The notes under the pieces were generated by a model, which saw only the letters and a list, made by a program, of their open reading frames with translations, made no database searches and was not told where the DNA came from. The translations under genes and the position numbers were made by a program. DNA of 52,432 nt from Candidatus Kapaibacterium sp. (GTDB lineage Bacteria > Bacteroidota > Ignavibacteria > Palsa-1295), in NCBI GenBank assembly GCA_038240295.1, contig JBBSDW010000004.1, positions 1 to 52,432 on the forward strand, read 5' to 3'. Every line of letters begins with the position of its first letter. Position 1 is the stretch's first letter. Shown in pieces: positions 1 through 8,978 of this stretch.

Positions 1-757
1 CATTGATCTTCCAAATGGCGGCCGGTCGGTGGTGATGGGCAACGCGATCATGAAGGGACCCAAGGCCCAGAATCACCAGCTTATACGGTACGGCGAGGAA
101 GGCCTGATAAATCCCGACTCCGAACTCTTTGTGATCAACAATACGATGGTCACCGAACTTGGCTCGACGACCTTCATCACGATCGCAAACGGTGCAGCGC
201 CGGCGAAGGTCGCGAACAATATTTTCGCAGGTGCGGGTGTCGTGTTATCCGGCGTCGCCGATAGCTCGTTCAACGCGAGTGCACCGGACACAGCATACTT
301 CAAATTTCGCAACTCCGCGCCCTTCGATTATCACCTGACGCCAAGTTCACCGGAGCTGCAGGGAACATCGAACACCGCACCGACGGGCAGCAACCTTCCG
401 GTCTATCAGTACGAGCATCCGCTGGACAGCGCGCTTCGTCTTCGATTCGTACCTTCGATCGGCGCTTATGATCGTCCGATCAGTCAAAGCGTGTCGGCCT
501 CGGTCATGCAAAAGAATCTGTTGGTAAATTTTCCGAATCCCTTCGAGCGTTCAACGACGATCCGGATTCCGAACGATGAACACCGGCCGCTTCATCTTGA
601 AGTATACGATGCGGCAGGACGGTTGATGATGTCGAGTTACGAGAACCAGAAGAATGGTCAGATCACGCTGAACGCGAGTGGACTTGCGCCGAGTACGTAT
701 GTTTATCGACTCATCGGGACGAGTCGCGTTTACGCTGGGCAATTCATCGTGCGATGA
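1..757 (+). CDS. Secreted protein with T9SS type A C-terminal sorting domain (5' partial; probable right-handed beta-helix region)
   Basis: Frame is open from position 2 (IDLPNGGRSVVMGN...). C-terminus NFPNPF...LEVYDAAGRL...LAPSTYVYRL...FIVR matches the T9SS CTD pattern; DYHLTPSSP is typical of beta-helix/choice-of-anchor Q proteins. Confidence 0.8.
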   Translation, partial: IDLPNGGRSVVMGNAIMKGPKAQNHQLIRYGEEGLINPDSELFVINNTMVTELGSTTFITIANGAAPAKVANNIFAGAGVVLSGVADSSFNASAPDTAYFKFRNSAPFDYHLTPSSPELQGTSNTAPTGSNLPVYQYEHPLDSALRLRFVPSIGAYDRPISQSVSASVMQKNLLVNFPNPFERSTTIRIPNDEHRPLHLEVYDAAGRLMMSSYENQKNGQITLNASGLAPSTYVYRLIGTSRVYAGQFIVR

Positions 758-880
758 AATAACGCGGGCCGTGCCTCTGAGACAATATTGCGAACGCTCA
801 AAGCAGGGTGCTATATTTGCCGGTCGATTCGTTAAGTCGAAGTTAACGCCATGTTGCTTTCTTATTATTTTTTTACGATC

Positions 881-1591
881 ATGAAATCTGCTACTGGATC
901 TAAGAGTCTATTCACGCTCCCATTCTTGCTGATGCTTATCGTTGCCTGCTCAAGTTGCAGCAGCTCGACGAGCACACCCCCAGGCAATAACAACACGGGC
1001 GCGACCCGACCCAAGGTCGGGAGTACGTTTACCGATAGCTCGTACACGAAGGATAATTCGCTATCCAATGTGGCCGCCTCAGGAACGACGGTAACCTATA
1101 CACTCGTAGATACGAATGCCACCAAGTCGACGATGATGGGCGGCGTTTATGAGTTTACCAGCCCAATGGATACGATCTGGCAGCATTATGAGACGAACGG
1201 CGATCTTTCGGTTTATGCACCTTTTGCTGCGGGCGGATATTACGTGGGCTCCGAATGGATCACGTTCCCCGTTAGTTCGCAGTCTTCATCGAACATTCCG
1301 ACGCTGAAAGGATATGTGCTTGACTCTGTTACGGTCAATGGCACAATGGCTGGAGAGGGCAGCGGTACTCAGCAGATTGGAATGCAGTCTTCGCTTAGTG
1401 TCCAAAAGGCACAGATGAATATCTCGGCAGTCTCTGCGCTTGCGGGCACGGTCCCGGGCACTGTAAGTGTATCCTACGCGCCGAGCATCGGTTTCGTTAC
1501 GCATGAGACCATCACCACGACAGGGATGGTGTTAGGTACTAACATCTCAGGTGGATCGGACAAGTTTTTGATCTCATACAATCTGAAGTGA
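881..1591 (+). CDS. Hypothetical lipoprotein
   Basis: ATG at 881 gives MKS..., a hydrophobic stretch and lipobox-like IVAC/SSC, followed by a Ser/Thr-rich linker. The ORF track start at 851 is less likely. Confidence 0.75.
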   Translation: MKSATGSKSLFTLPFLLMLIVACSSCSSSTSTPPGNNNTGATRPKVGSTFTDSSYTKDNSLSNVAASGTTVTYTLVDTNATKSTMMGGVYEFTSPMDTIWQHYETNGDLSVYAPFAAGGYYVGSEWITFPVSSQSSSNIPTLKGYVLDSVTVNGTMAGEGSGTQQIGMQSSLSVQKAQMNISAVSALAGTVPGTVSVSYAPSIGFVTHETITTTGMVLGTNISGGSDKFLISYNLK

Positions 1592-1609
1592 TGTTACGCT
1601 GACCGAGCG

Positions 1610-1998
1610 CCCTCATCCCCAACCCTTCTCCCATTTTGTTCTGATGACTGCGTCATAAGCAACAAAATAGGAGAAGGGAGCTTTTTTTTAACTTCTTTTC
1701 CCAACCTGTTCCCAGTTCCCCGTTCGCTGTTCCCTTGTTCCCTTCCCCAACTAAGAACTAAGCACTAAGAACTAAAAACTCTCCAGACCAGCGCATCGTT
1801 GGGCCGCAGTGGAGATGTCGTCCCCATCACCCTCATCCCCAACTCCCATTTTGTTCTGATGACTGCGTCATAAGCAACAAAATAGGAGAAGGGAGCTTTT
1901 TTTAAACTTCTTTTCCCAACCTGTTCCCAGTTCCCCGTTCGCTGTTCCCTTGTTCCCTTCCCCAACTAAGAACTAAGCACTAAGAACTAAAAACTCTC
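1610..1998. repeat. Two near-identical ~170 bp direct repeats (1610-1783, 1830-1998), each a REP-like hairpin followed by heptamer tandem repeats
   Basis: Copies align apart from a 5-nt deletion and a T/A change. Each has cttctcc...ggagaag arms around attttgtt..atgac-tgc-gtcat..aacaaaat, then (t/a/c)gttc(c/g)c heptamers and actaag(a/c) heptamers. Confidence 0.95.
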
Positions 1999-2031
1999 GT
2001 TCACAAGCCAGTGATCACTTGAAAAGGAAAC

Positions 2032-3618
2032 ATGTCCAAAGGTAGAATTCTCTGGGTCGATGATGAGATCGACTTGCTTCGGCCGCATATCATGCTGCTC
2101 GAACAGCGTGGCTACGAAGTGCAAACTGCGAACAACGGCGAGGATGCGATCGCGCTTGCGCAGTCGGGACCGATCGATCTCGTATTTCTCGATGAGATGA
2201 TGCCCGGAATGGGTGGACTCAGAACCCTCGAGCGGCTCAAACTGCACGCGCCGCAGACACCTGTGGTCATGGTCACAAAGTCCGAAGAAGAAGATTTGAT
2301 GGAGCAGGCGATCGGCAAGAAGATCGCGGATTATCTGACGAAGCCTGTTAATCCAACGCAGGTCCTGCTGGCGGTCAAGAAATTCTTGGAAGGCAAGCAG
2401 ATCGTCGATGAAGCAGTCTCGCGTGATTATACGCAGGAGTTCGCACGCATGTCCGTCGAGATCATGAACGCTCGAAATGCTGCGGACTGGACGCAGCTTT
2501 ATATCAAACTTGTCAACTGGGAAGTAGAACTCGACGAGCGCGGCGGACTCGGACTTAAACAAACGCTGCAGGATCAGAAGCGCGAAATGAATTCGGAGTT
2601 CGCAAAATTCATCGAGCGAAATTACAAGAGCTGGGTCAACACGGTTTACGTTAGTTCGAACGCCGACGAGCGCCCGGCGCTTTCGCCCGACATCACGCAG
2701 GAGTTCGTGCTGCCCGAAGTAACGTCGGAGGCGAAGCAGCACATCGTTTATTTCGTGATCGATTGTATGCGGCTCGATCAGTGGCTCATCATGGAGCACG
2801 AACTGCGAAATCTTTTTACCTTCACGAAAAATTATTACTACGGCATTCTGCCGACCGCGACGCCTTACGCACGCAACGCGATCTTCTCTGGACAATTTCC
2901 AAGCGAGTTCGCAAAGCAATTTCCGAATACGTTTGCCATTGGCGAGGACGATGAGCATTCGCAGAATAAGAACGAAGGCGAAATGCTGCAGGGGCTGCTC
3001 GATCGAAAAAAGATCAAGCTTCGAACCGATCTGAAATATATCAAGATCATCGACCGCGAGTATGGTGCAGGCATTGCCCAGAACATCGTGACGCATGCCC
3101 GCAATCACCTTACGGCAATCGTCGTCAACTTCGTCGATATGCTCGCGCATAACCGTTCGGATTCGCCGATCTTGAAAGAGATCGCGCCGGATGAAAGCGC
3201 CTATCGTTCGCTGACCCGTTCCTGGTTTCAGCATTCGAGTCTGCTCGAAATGTTTCGATCGCTTGCAAAGCAGCCGAACGTGAAGATCATTGTCACGACC
3301 GATCACGGCTCGATCAGGAGCCTGCGCGGCGCGAAGGTCATCGGCGATCGCGAGACCTCAACCAGCTTGCGCTATAAATATGGCCGCAATGTAAAAGCGG
3401 AGGATAAGCAGGCGATGCAGATCCGGAAACCGGAAGAATACAAACTCCCCAATCGTGGAGCGGTTTCGAATTACATCATCGCCAAAGAAGATTACTATTT
3501 CGTCTATCCGACCGACTATCACAAATACCTCAATCACTATCGCGACACCTTCCAGCATGGCGGGATCTCGATGGAGGAAATGATCCTGCCGGTGATCACC
3601 ATGCAGCCGAAGGGATAG
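2032..3618 (+). CDS. porX: T9SS-associated response regulator PorX (receiver + PglZ/alkaline-phosphatase-like domain)
   Basis: N-terminal receiver (ILWVDDE, FLDEMMPGMGG, VTKSEEE, YLTKP) plus PglZ-like motifs (VIDCMR, ILPTATPYARNAIFSG, TTDHG, FQHGGISMEEM). Lies directly upstream of tsaE as in Bacteroidota; RBS-like aagga precedes the ATG. Confidence 0.92.
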   Translation: MSKGRILWVDDEIDLLRPHIMLLEQRGYEVQTANNGEDAIALAQSGPIDLVFLDEMMPGMGGLRTLERLKLHAPQTPVVMVTKSEEEDLMEQAIGKKIADYLTKPVNPTQVLLAVKKFLEGKQIVDEAVSRDYTQEFARMSVEIMNARNAADWTQLYIKLVNWEVELDERGGLGLKQTLQDQKREMNSEFAKFIERNYKSWVNTVYVSSNADERPALSPDITQEFVLPEVTSEAKQHIVYFVIDCMRLDQWLIMEHELRNLFTFTKNYYYGILPTATPYARNAIFSGQFPSEFAKQFPNTFAIGEDDEHSQNKNEGEMLQGLLDRKKIKLRTDLKYIKIIDREYGAGIAQNIVTHARNHLTAIVVNFVDMLAHNRSDSPILKEIAPDESAYRSLTRSWFQHSSLLEMFRSLAKQPNVKIIVTTDHGSIRSLRGAKVIGDRETSTSLRYKYGRNVKAEDKQAMQIRKPEEYKLPNRGAVSNYIIAKEDYYFVYPTDYHKYLNHYRDTFQHGGISMEEMILPVITMQPKG

Positions 3619-3621
3619 TTC

Positions 3622-4080
3622 ATGCGGGGTGAGGAAACGTTCACGAGTTACTCGGAAGAGGAGACTGTCGCGCTCGGCGAGTCATTCATGCGAGCACACG
3701 CATGCGTCGGGTTGGTCGTCGCGATCTACGGTGAACTTGGCGCCGGCAAGACGCACTTCGTGAAAGGCATCGCACGAGCGCTCTCGATCGAAGCGCGTGA
3801 GCTGACTTCGCCTACGTACGCGCTCGTCAATGAATACGCATGTTCGCTGCCGACTGGCGAAGCGATCACTCTTTTTCATCTCGATTGCTACCGTTTCGAA
3901 AACCCCGATGAACTGATAGAGTTAGGCGTCGAGGATTATCTGATGCCCGAGAGTGGGATCACGGTGATCGAATGGGCGAAGCGTGTTGAAAAATTTCTGC
4001 CGCATTCGCGAATCCAAATTCGAATCACATCAAGCTCCGAAGCTGTGCGAACGATCACGATCACAAATCTTCCAGCATGA
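3622..4080 (+). CDS. tsaE: tRNA threonylcarbamoyladenosine biosynthesis ATPase TsaE
   Basis: Walker A GELGAGKT, SPTY, HLDCYR and IEW motifs. Confidence 0.95.
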   Translation: MRGEETFTSYSEEETVALGESFMRAHACVGLVVAIYGELGAGKTHFVKGIARALSIEARELTSPTYALVNEYACSLPTGEAITLFHLDCYRFENPDELIELGVEDYLMPESGITVIEWAKRVEKFLPHSRIQIRITSSSEAVRTITITNLPA

Positions 4081-4652
4081 TCCTGCTCATCGATACGTCG
4101 AGCGCGCGATTGCTTGTCGGTCTTGGATCGGAAGATGAAACGTTGCTCGCATTTCGAGAACGCACCGCAGCCGCCAACGAGCGTGGCATTCACGATGCGC
4201 GGCTTGCACTCGAAGTCACAGGTCTTCTCGCAGAGTTCGAAGTTGCTGCGAAAGATGTTGCACGGATCGGTATCGTGATCGGACCCGGCTCGTTCACCGG
4301 ACTTCGCATCGGTCTCGCGTTTGCAAAAGGCTTTGCCAGCGCTTGGAGCGCTCAGATCATTCCGATCGTCAAACATGAACTGCTCGCACTTGCTTCGTTA
4401 GCGGACGATCAACGGCTGGTGACCGATGGCTATCAGCCGGCGCTCGCCTATATTGCGCGAAATGGAAATCCGAAGGCGGTGGATCTCCTGAAGAGAAGCG
4501 ACATCGACTTAACAGACGCGCGAACCGAAGATAGCATGACTTCGCAGGAGCTCTTGGGCCGGATGCTCTTACTTACAGCGCATGGCGCCGCCGCCGATTT
4601 TGCGAGCGTCGAACCGCTCTATTTGGTCGATTTTGCGCCCACCCTTTCTTAA
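4077..4652 (+). CDS. tsaB: tRNA threonylcarbamoyladenosine biosynthesis protein TsaB
   Basis: ILLIDTS start, GPGSFTGLRIG motif, C-terminal EPLY; ATGA overlap with tsaE. Confidence 0.92.
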   Translation: MILLIDTSSARLLVGLGSEDETLLAFRERTAAANERGIHDARLALEVTGLLAEFEVAAKDVARIGIVIGPGSFTGLRIGLAFAKGFASAWSAQIIPIVKHELLALASLADDQRLVTDGYQPALAYIARNGNPKAVDLLKRSDIDLTDARTEDSMTSQELLGRMLLLTAHGAAADFASVEPLYLVDFAPTLS

Positions 4653-4840
4653 TATCGGCGCTTTCGGAACCCAAAGCGCCCGATTCTATGTAGTTTAGCT
4701 GTTGCAGGAGCTCCGTCCGTAATGTTCTGACCCCCGCTCGTGTAACCTTTCATCGTCAACAGATTTTTTACGTATATCGCTATCTTGTGAGTGTTGGAAA
4801 AGATAGCTTCGACGCCCAACGATCTTAACAGTTATCAGTC

Positions 4841-5722
4841 ATGAAAGCACGGTTTCAATATTTCATACCGCTCGCGTTTCTCCTTTTTATGGTTGCCCTC
4901 TGCGCGACTTCTATGCGGCACACCAACGATGCTCGAGCAGCAAATATGCTTCAAGTCGATTCTTCGACCGGTCAGCCACCGCAGATCAAGATGGACGAAG
5001 AAGTCTATGACTTCAAGGATATCGAGCTTGGCACGATCGTCGAGCACACCTTCCTGATCCATAACACAGGCGGCGACACGCTTACGATCATCGATGCGCA
5101 TCCTTCGTGCGGATGCACGGCAGCGATCATGGATTTCAAGAAGATCCCTGGTGGCGGGACTGCCCATCTTAAGGTCAAGTTCGATTCGAACAACAAGGGT
5201 GAAGGCCCGATCGTGAAGCTTATCACGATCACCTCCAACTCGCACGATCAGGCCGAGAAGGTCATCCGCATCACGGGACGTATCGTAAAGTCGAAGACAG
5301 CGCATAAGAATATGGCGATGCATCTCGACGGCGTCTTCCAGGGCGATTGCGCAAAGTGCCATGTCGATAAAGGCAAGGGCGAACTTGGCGCAAGACTTTA
5401 TGATCAGGATTGCGCAATCTGCCACGGCCTCAAGGCCGAAGGAAAACCGGGTCCGGAGCTTTCGAGCGACGCGATGATGAAGCACACGGCAAAGGATTGG
5501 CAGAAGATCATCGCCAACGGAATGCCGCACACCAACATGCCCGCATTCGCGATCAAGAACAAAGGACCGCTTGGCGACGAAGAGATCGCTTCGCTCGTCG
5601 AATATATGGGCGCCGTCAAAAAAGAGCTGACGCGCAACCGCACACTCAAAGGAACTTCGCCAACAAGCGGCAATACAAGCACATCAAGCGGGGCCGTTAC
5701 AACTCAGACGATGGTGCACTAA
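4841..5722 (+). CDS. Exported DUF1573 (Ig-like) domain fused to c-type cytochrome with two CxxCH motifs
   Basis: Signal peptide; YDFKDI...HTFLIHNTG...SCGCT is DUF1573-like; heme motifs CAKCH and CAICH; cbb3/c6-like G..LYDQDCAICHG...MPAF...L.DEEI..LVEY. Confidence 0.8.
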   Translation: MKARFQYFIPLAFLLFMVALCATSMRHTNDARAANMLQVDSSTGQPPQIKMDEEVYDFKDIELGTIVEHTFLIHNTGGDTLTIIDAHPSCGCTAAIMDFKKIPGGGTAHLKVKFDSNNKGEGPIVKLITITSNSHDQAEKVIRITGRIVKSKTAHKNMAMHLDGVFQGDCAKCHVDKGKGELGARLYDQDCAICHGLKAEGKPGPELSSDAMMKHTAKDWQKIIANGMPHTNMPAFAIKNKGPLGDEEIASLVEYMGAVKKELTRNRTLKGTSPTSGNTSTSSGAVTTQTMVH

Positions 5723-5748
5723 CCATTGACTGAATTTTTCATAGTCGT

Positions 5749-5782
5749 AAAAAAGGGGATGGCTGGTTGCCATCCCTTTTTT
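5749..5782 (+). terminator. Rho-independent terminator (probably bidirectional)
   Basis: aaaaaag-gggatggc-tggtt-gccatccc-tttttt. Confidence 0.85.
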
Positions 5783-5846
5783 CGTTTTATATTTATAGTC
5801 GAAACGTCGCAAGCTTCCAACTCTCACTAACGCTGAAGTCCTGATC

Positions 5847-6707
5847 GTGTATCGCATTTGGTTCTATGTCATTTCGCTGATCGTTTGTTCGTGCGTCCCA
5901 GTTTCGCTGCGGGCGCAATCCGGGCCGGAGGCTGGATCGGTTCGTTCGTCAGCACTGGCGGGCGCGGTCGTTGGATACAATCATGGCAACCCGCTCGATG
6001 CGAATCCTGCGTCGTCGCCAATCGATTCTGCTCATGCCTTTGCGATCGAAGGATTGTTCAGTCCCAACATTGCGGGGCTCGATCATTCGAATCAGATCGC
6101 TGCTACGCTTGCAACGAAGCTCGAAGTGATCGACGCAACGGTGGGCGCCGGATTTGTGCGTTATGGATATGGCGACTTGTTCTCCGATCAAACGATCGCG
6201 CTCTCGTTGCAGCGCTCGTTTCAATTGGGCAGCGCTCGAAGTGCAAACGCGGGGTTGCGAGCGCGCTACAGATCATTTTCCTTTGGCGAAGCCGCACCAC
6301 CGATCTCCAGTCTGTTGCTCGATGCCGGTCTTCAATTCAGTCTTACATCGACAATCGGAATAGGTGTAGCAGCTCAGAATCTCCTCGGAGCGCATCTGAT
6401 CGTGGCCGATGGTAGTCTGGAGTCGTATAAACGCGATTTCGATTTTGGGCTCGTCATCAGTCCGTTGCGCAGCAAGATCTCAATCGCGGCTGCCGCACGA
6501 ACGACTATTGGCGATCACACGCGGGGAAAATTCGCTGCCGAGTATTCGCTTGAGGATTATCTTGTTCTTCGTATCGGAGCGTTGACCGATCCAAGCGTGA
6601 TCACTGGAGGCATTGGCCTCAAGTATCATGGGATCGCTCTCGACGCGGGCATAGTCTCTTCGCCGCTCAATACTCAACTAACTCTTGGATTCGGTTGGCA
6701 ATGGTGA
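5847..6707 (+). CDS. Outer-membrane beta-barrel protein, PorV/FadL-like
   Basis: Signal peptide ending LRA-Q; RSSALAGA...NPA hatch-like motif; alternating beta strands; aromatic C-terminus (GFGWQW). Confidence 0.65.
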   Translation: MYRIWFYVISLIVCSCVPVSLRAQSGPEAGSVRSSALAGAVVGYNHGNPLDANPASSPIDSAHAFAIEGLFSPNIAGLDHSNQIAATLATKLEVIDATVGAGFVRYGYGDLFSDQTIALSLQRSFQLGSARSANAGLRARYRSFSFGEAAPPISSLLLDAGLQFSLTSTIGIGVAAQNLLGAHLIVADGSLESYKRDFDFGLVISPLRSKISIAAAARTTIGDHTRGKFAAEYSLEDYLVLRIGALTDPSVITGGIGLKYHGIALDAGIVSSPLNTQLTLGFGWQW

Positions 6708-8686
6708 GAAGAAGTGTTCTCCTTCTTGCTGCAATCGTCCTCATATTCCCTACGTTTGCAAGAGCGCAGGATGTTCTCGATGCGAGTGTGGAACCCTCAA
6801 GCGCAGAGGAACAGCTTTTTCAGGCGATCTCAGACTCGCCGGATGGCGAACTCATTCTCGACGATTGGCTCGTTGACGTCAACTCCTACGCTGAGTTTCC
6901 TCTATTGCTTGCAACATCGACTTCAAGAATGCTCGCGCGCATTCCGACGCTCGATCCATTTCAACGGCGAAACTTGATACGTGACCGAACCTCCGATTCG
7001 ATCAGCTCCGAGTTTGTCACGTCAAATCCGGTATTGCCAATGAACGTCTCGCTCCGAAGCAGACTTGTCACCGATCCCAATATTCGCGACGAGTCAGGAT
7101 TCCAGAAGGGCGCGTTCCTCGGATCACCACAGGCGTACTATGATGTGCTTCGGGCTGGCTGGAATAAGTTTGAACTTGTGCTGCTGCAATCCAAAGGTGC
7201 GGGAGTGCAAAGCTTCACTGACAGGCTCAACGGATATGTTGGCCTGCGTGCGCCAATAGAATTGGACAAACTATCGCTCAGCCAACTTGCCGTCGGTGAT
7301 TACCGGCTTGGGTTCGGCAATGGCCTCGCATTTGGCAACATTGTCAATAGCCTGAAGACTCGACAGGCAGTAACCGGGTTAGATCCGCACACGAGCGGGC
7401 TTGAGGGCTCAACAAGGACAGGCTCAATGCGGGGTGCCGCCACGACCGTCACACTCACTTCGCGACCCACCAATCCGGGCTTGCACAGTCACGCAGACGT
7501 AACACTCTTTTATTCCGACGCACCGCTCGATGCTTCGATCGATTCGTCGGGTATCACTTCCATCATTTCGAGTGGTTATCATCGGACGTTGACGGAGCTA
7601 TCGCATAAGAACGACGCTCATCTTGAGATGTACGGCGCACACCTCAGCGCAACGCCCGTCTTGTCCGATCAGATTCTCTCCGAATTCGGATTGACAGGAT
7701 ATCGATCCAGATTAAGCCAACCGGTATCCGAGGCCGCAAGTTTGAGCGCCGGTGCGCAGCGTGAGGATCTTCTTGCTGCGGATATGCAACTCGTTAGCGA
7801 AGATATTGCAGCAAACGGCGAGATTGCGCGCTCGTTGAATGATTTCGGGTCAGCGATCGCCGAAGCTGCATCGCTCACGATTCGTCCCGATCCAAACTTG
7901 CATGTTGCCTTCCAATTCAGGAATATTCCGATCAACTATCTGAACCGCAATGCATCTGTCTTCGGCGAGCGGACTGCCGATGGCAAACCAGAGAATGGTT
8001 TTTATCTCGGGCTCGATTGGAAGATGCTCGATGGTATGCTCGAGGCGAGTGCCTACACCGATCTTTCGCATCCCGGCGGATCAAATCTCACCAACCCCAC
8101 AAGCGATCACCTTGCCGGTCTGGAGTTCACGCTGCCACGAAATGCGCTCTCGCTTTACGCGCAGTTTCACGTAAAGTCGAAAGATGAGATCGTGCGCAAC
8201 AGCAATCTGCCTGCGGGAGCTACCGAGCATGGGACGCGGGAGCAAACGAATTATCTTTTCGAAGGGACTCTAAAACTTTTGGACAAACTTTCGCTTCGCT
8301 TTCAAGCGCAGTATGTCGGCGTCAGGCACAGTTCAACCGATTCGAGCGCACAGAGCGGCTATCTGTTCTACATCGGACCTCACATTGAACTTTGGCGGAC
8401 GCTCACACTTGATGCGCGAGCGGTGCTAATTCATACTACGTCGTACGATTCCAGGCTCTACGAGTACGAACCCGACGTCCCGGGCGCGAATGCATTCTCC
8501 CCGCTTCATGGCGACGGCTGGCGCGCCTATTTGCTTGCGGGGCTCCAGCCATCACCACAAATAAAAATTTCTGCAAAGTACTCTGTAACACAGTTTCCCT
8601 CAGTGCGCATAATAAGCAGTGGTGTAACCGCACGGACAGGAAACGCCGAACGTCGATTCGTGCTCCAGTCCGATCTGAGATTTTGA
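6701..8686 (+). CDS. Outer-membrane protein resembling the Bacteroidota 'helix-hairpin-helix domain' beta-barrel family
   Basis: Signal peptide (ARA-Q); motifs FLGSP, VGDYRLGFGNGL, SGYHRT..EL, ENGFYLG, SYDSRLYEYE.DV; C-terminal F. The start overlaps the previous gene's stop. Confidence 0.65.
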   Translation: MVRRSVLLLAAIVLIFPTFARAQDVLDASVEPSSAEEQLFQAISDSPDGELILDDWLVDVNSYAEFPLLLATSTSRMLARIPTLDPFQRRNLIRDRTSDSISSEFVTSNPVLPMNVSLRSRLVTDPNIRDESGFQKGAFLGSPQAYYDVLRAGWNKFELVLLQSKGAGVQSFTDRLNGYVGLRAPIELDKLSLSQLAVGDYRLGFGNGLAFGNIVNSLKTRQAVTGLDPHTSGLEGSTRTGSMRGAATTVTLTSRPTNPGLHSHADVTLFYSDAPLDASIDSSGITSIISSGYHRTLTELSHKNDAHLEMYGAHLSATPVLSDQILSEFGLTGYRSRLSQPVSEAASLSAGAQREDLLAADMQLVSEDIAANGEIARSLNDFGSAIAEAASLTIRPDPNLHVAFQFRNIPINYLNRNASVFGERTADGKPENGFYLGLDWKMLDGMLEASAYTDLSHPGGSNLTNPTSDHLAGLEFTLPRNALSLYAQFHVKSKDEIVRNSNLPAGATEHGTREQTNYLFEGTLKLLDKLSLRFQAQYVGVRHSSTDSSAQSGYLFYIGPHIELWRTLTLDARAVLIHTTSYDSRLYEYEPDVPGANAFSPLHGDGWRAYLLAGLQPSPQIKISAKYSVTQFPSVRIISSGVTARTGNAERRFVLQSDLRF

Positions 8687-8713
8687 GAAAGTTGTGATTG
8701 AAAGTGTAAACGT

Positions 8714-8978
8714 CTTCTGCTTCTCGCGTTTCATTAGATCAGCGTTCGTTCAAATTCATTTGTCATAGCCGAATACGAATACCTGAACTGGTGTGTGCGT
8801 CATTTCTTCAGCGCGCATAATTTCCTGTGCACGCTCGTCGCACCCGATATTTTCTGCGGTGGTGCGTCAATAAAAGAGTGCGCAGATAATGAGTGTGTCC
8901 TTGCCGCAAGGTGAGGGCATATAGTGAGAGGAGCAGAAGGCCGGATGGATCGGGATGATCTTATCCGGTCCTTTTTTT
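8714..8978 (+). ncRNA. Candidate structured non-coding RNA ending in an intrinsic terminator
   Basis: Closing helix 8714-8725/8928-8939; three internal hairpins (8792-8819, 8825-8885, 8894-8921 with GCAA tetraloop); G-U pairs work only on the + strand; no credible ORF. Confidence 0.45.
8939..8978 (+). terminator. Rho-independent terminator
   Basis: ggccggatggatc...gatcttatccggtc stem followed by T7 (8972-8978). Confidence 0.8.

Noticed and set aside
1610-1998. Possible CRISPR array
   Set aside because: Only two long copies, no 25-45 bp repeat/unique spacer periodicity and no cas genes.
1987-3306. 439 aa minus-strand ORF, and similar long shadow ORFs at 11537..12520, 41062..41979, 43012..43782 and 46821..47777
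   Set aside because: They lie antisense to genes with clear family motifs, have no recognisable motifs of their own, and are explained by codon bias on the coding strand.
2032-3618. PglZ domain as a sign of a BREX defence system
   Set aside because: It is fused to a receiver domain and linked to tsaE, which is the PorX architecture; no brxC, pglX or brxL genes are nearby.
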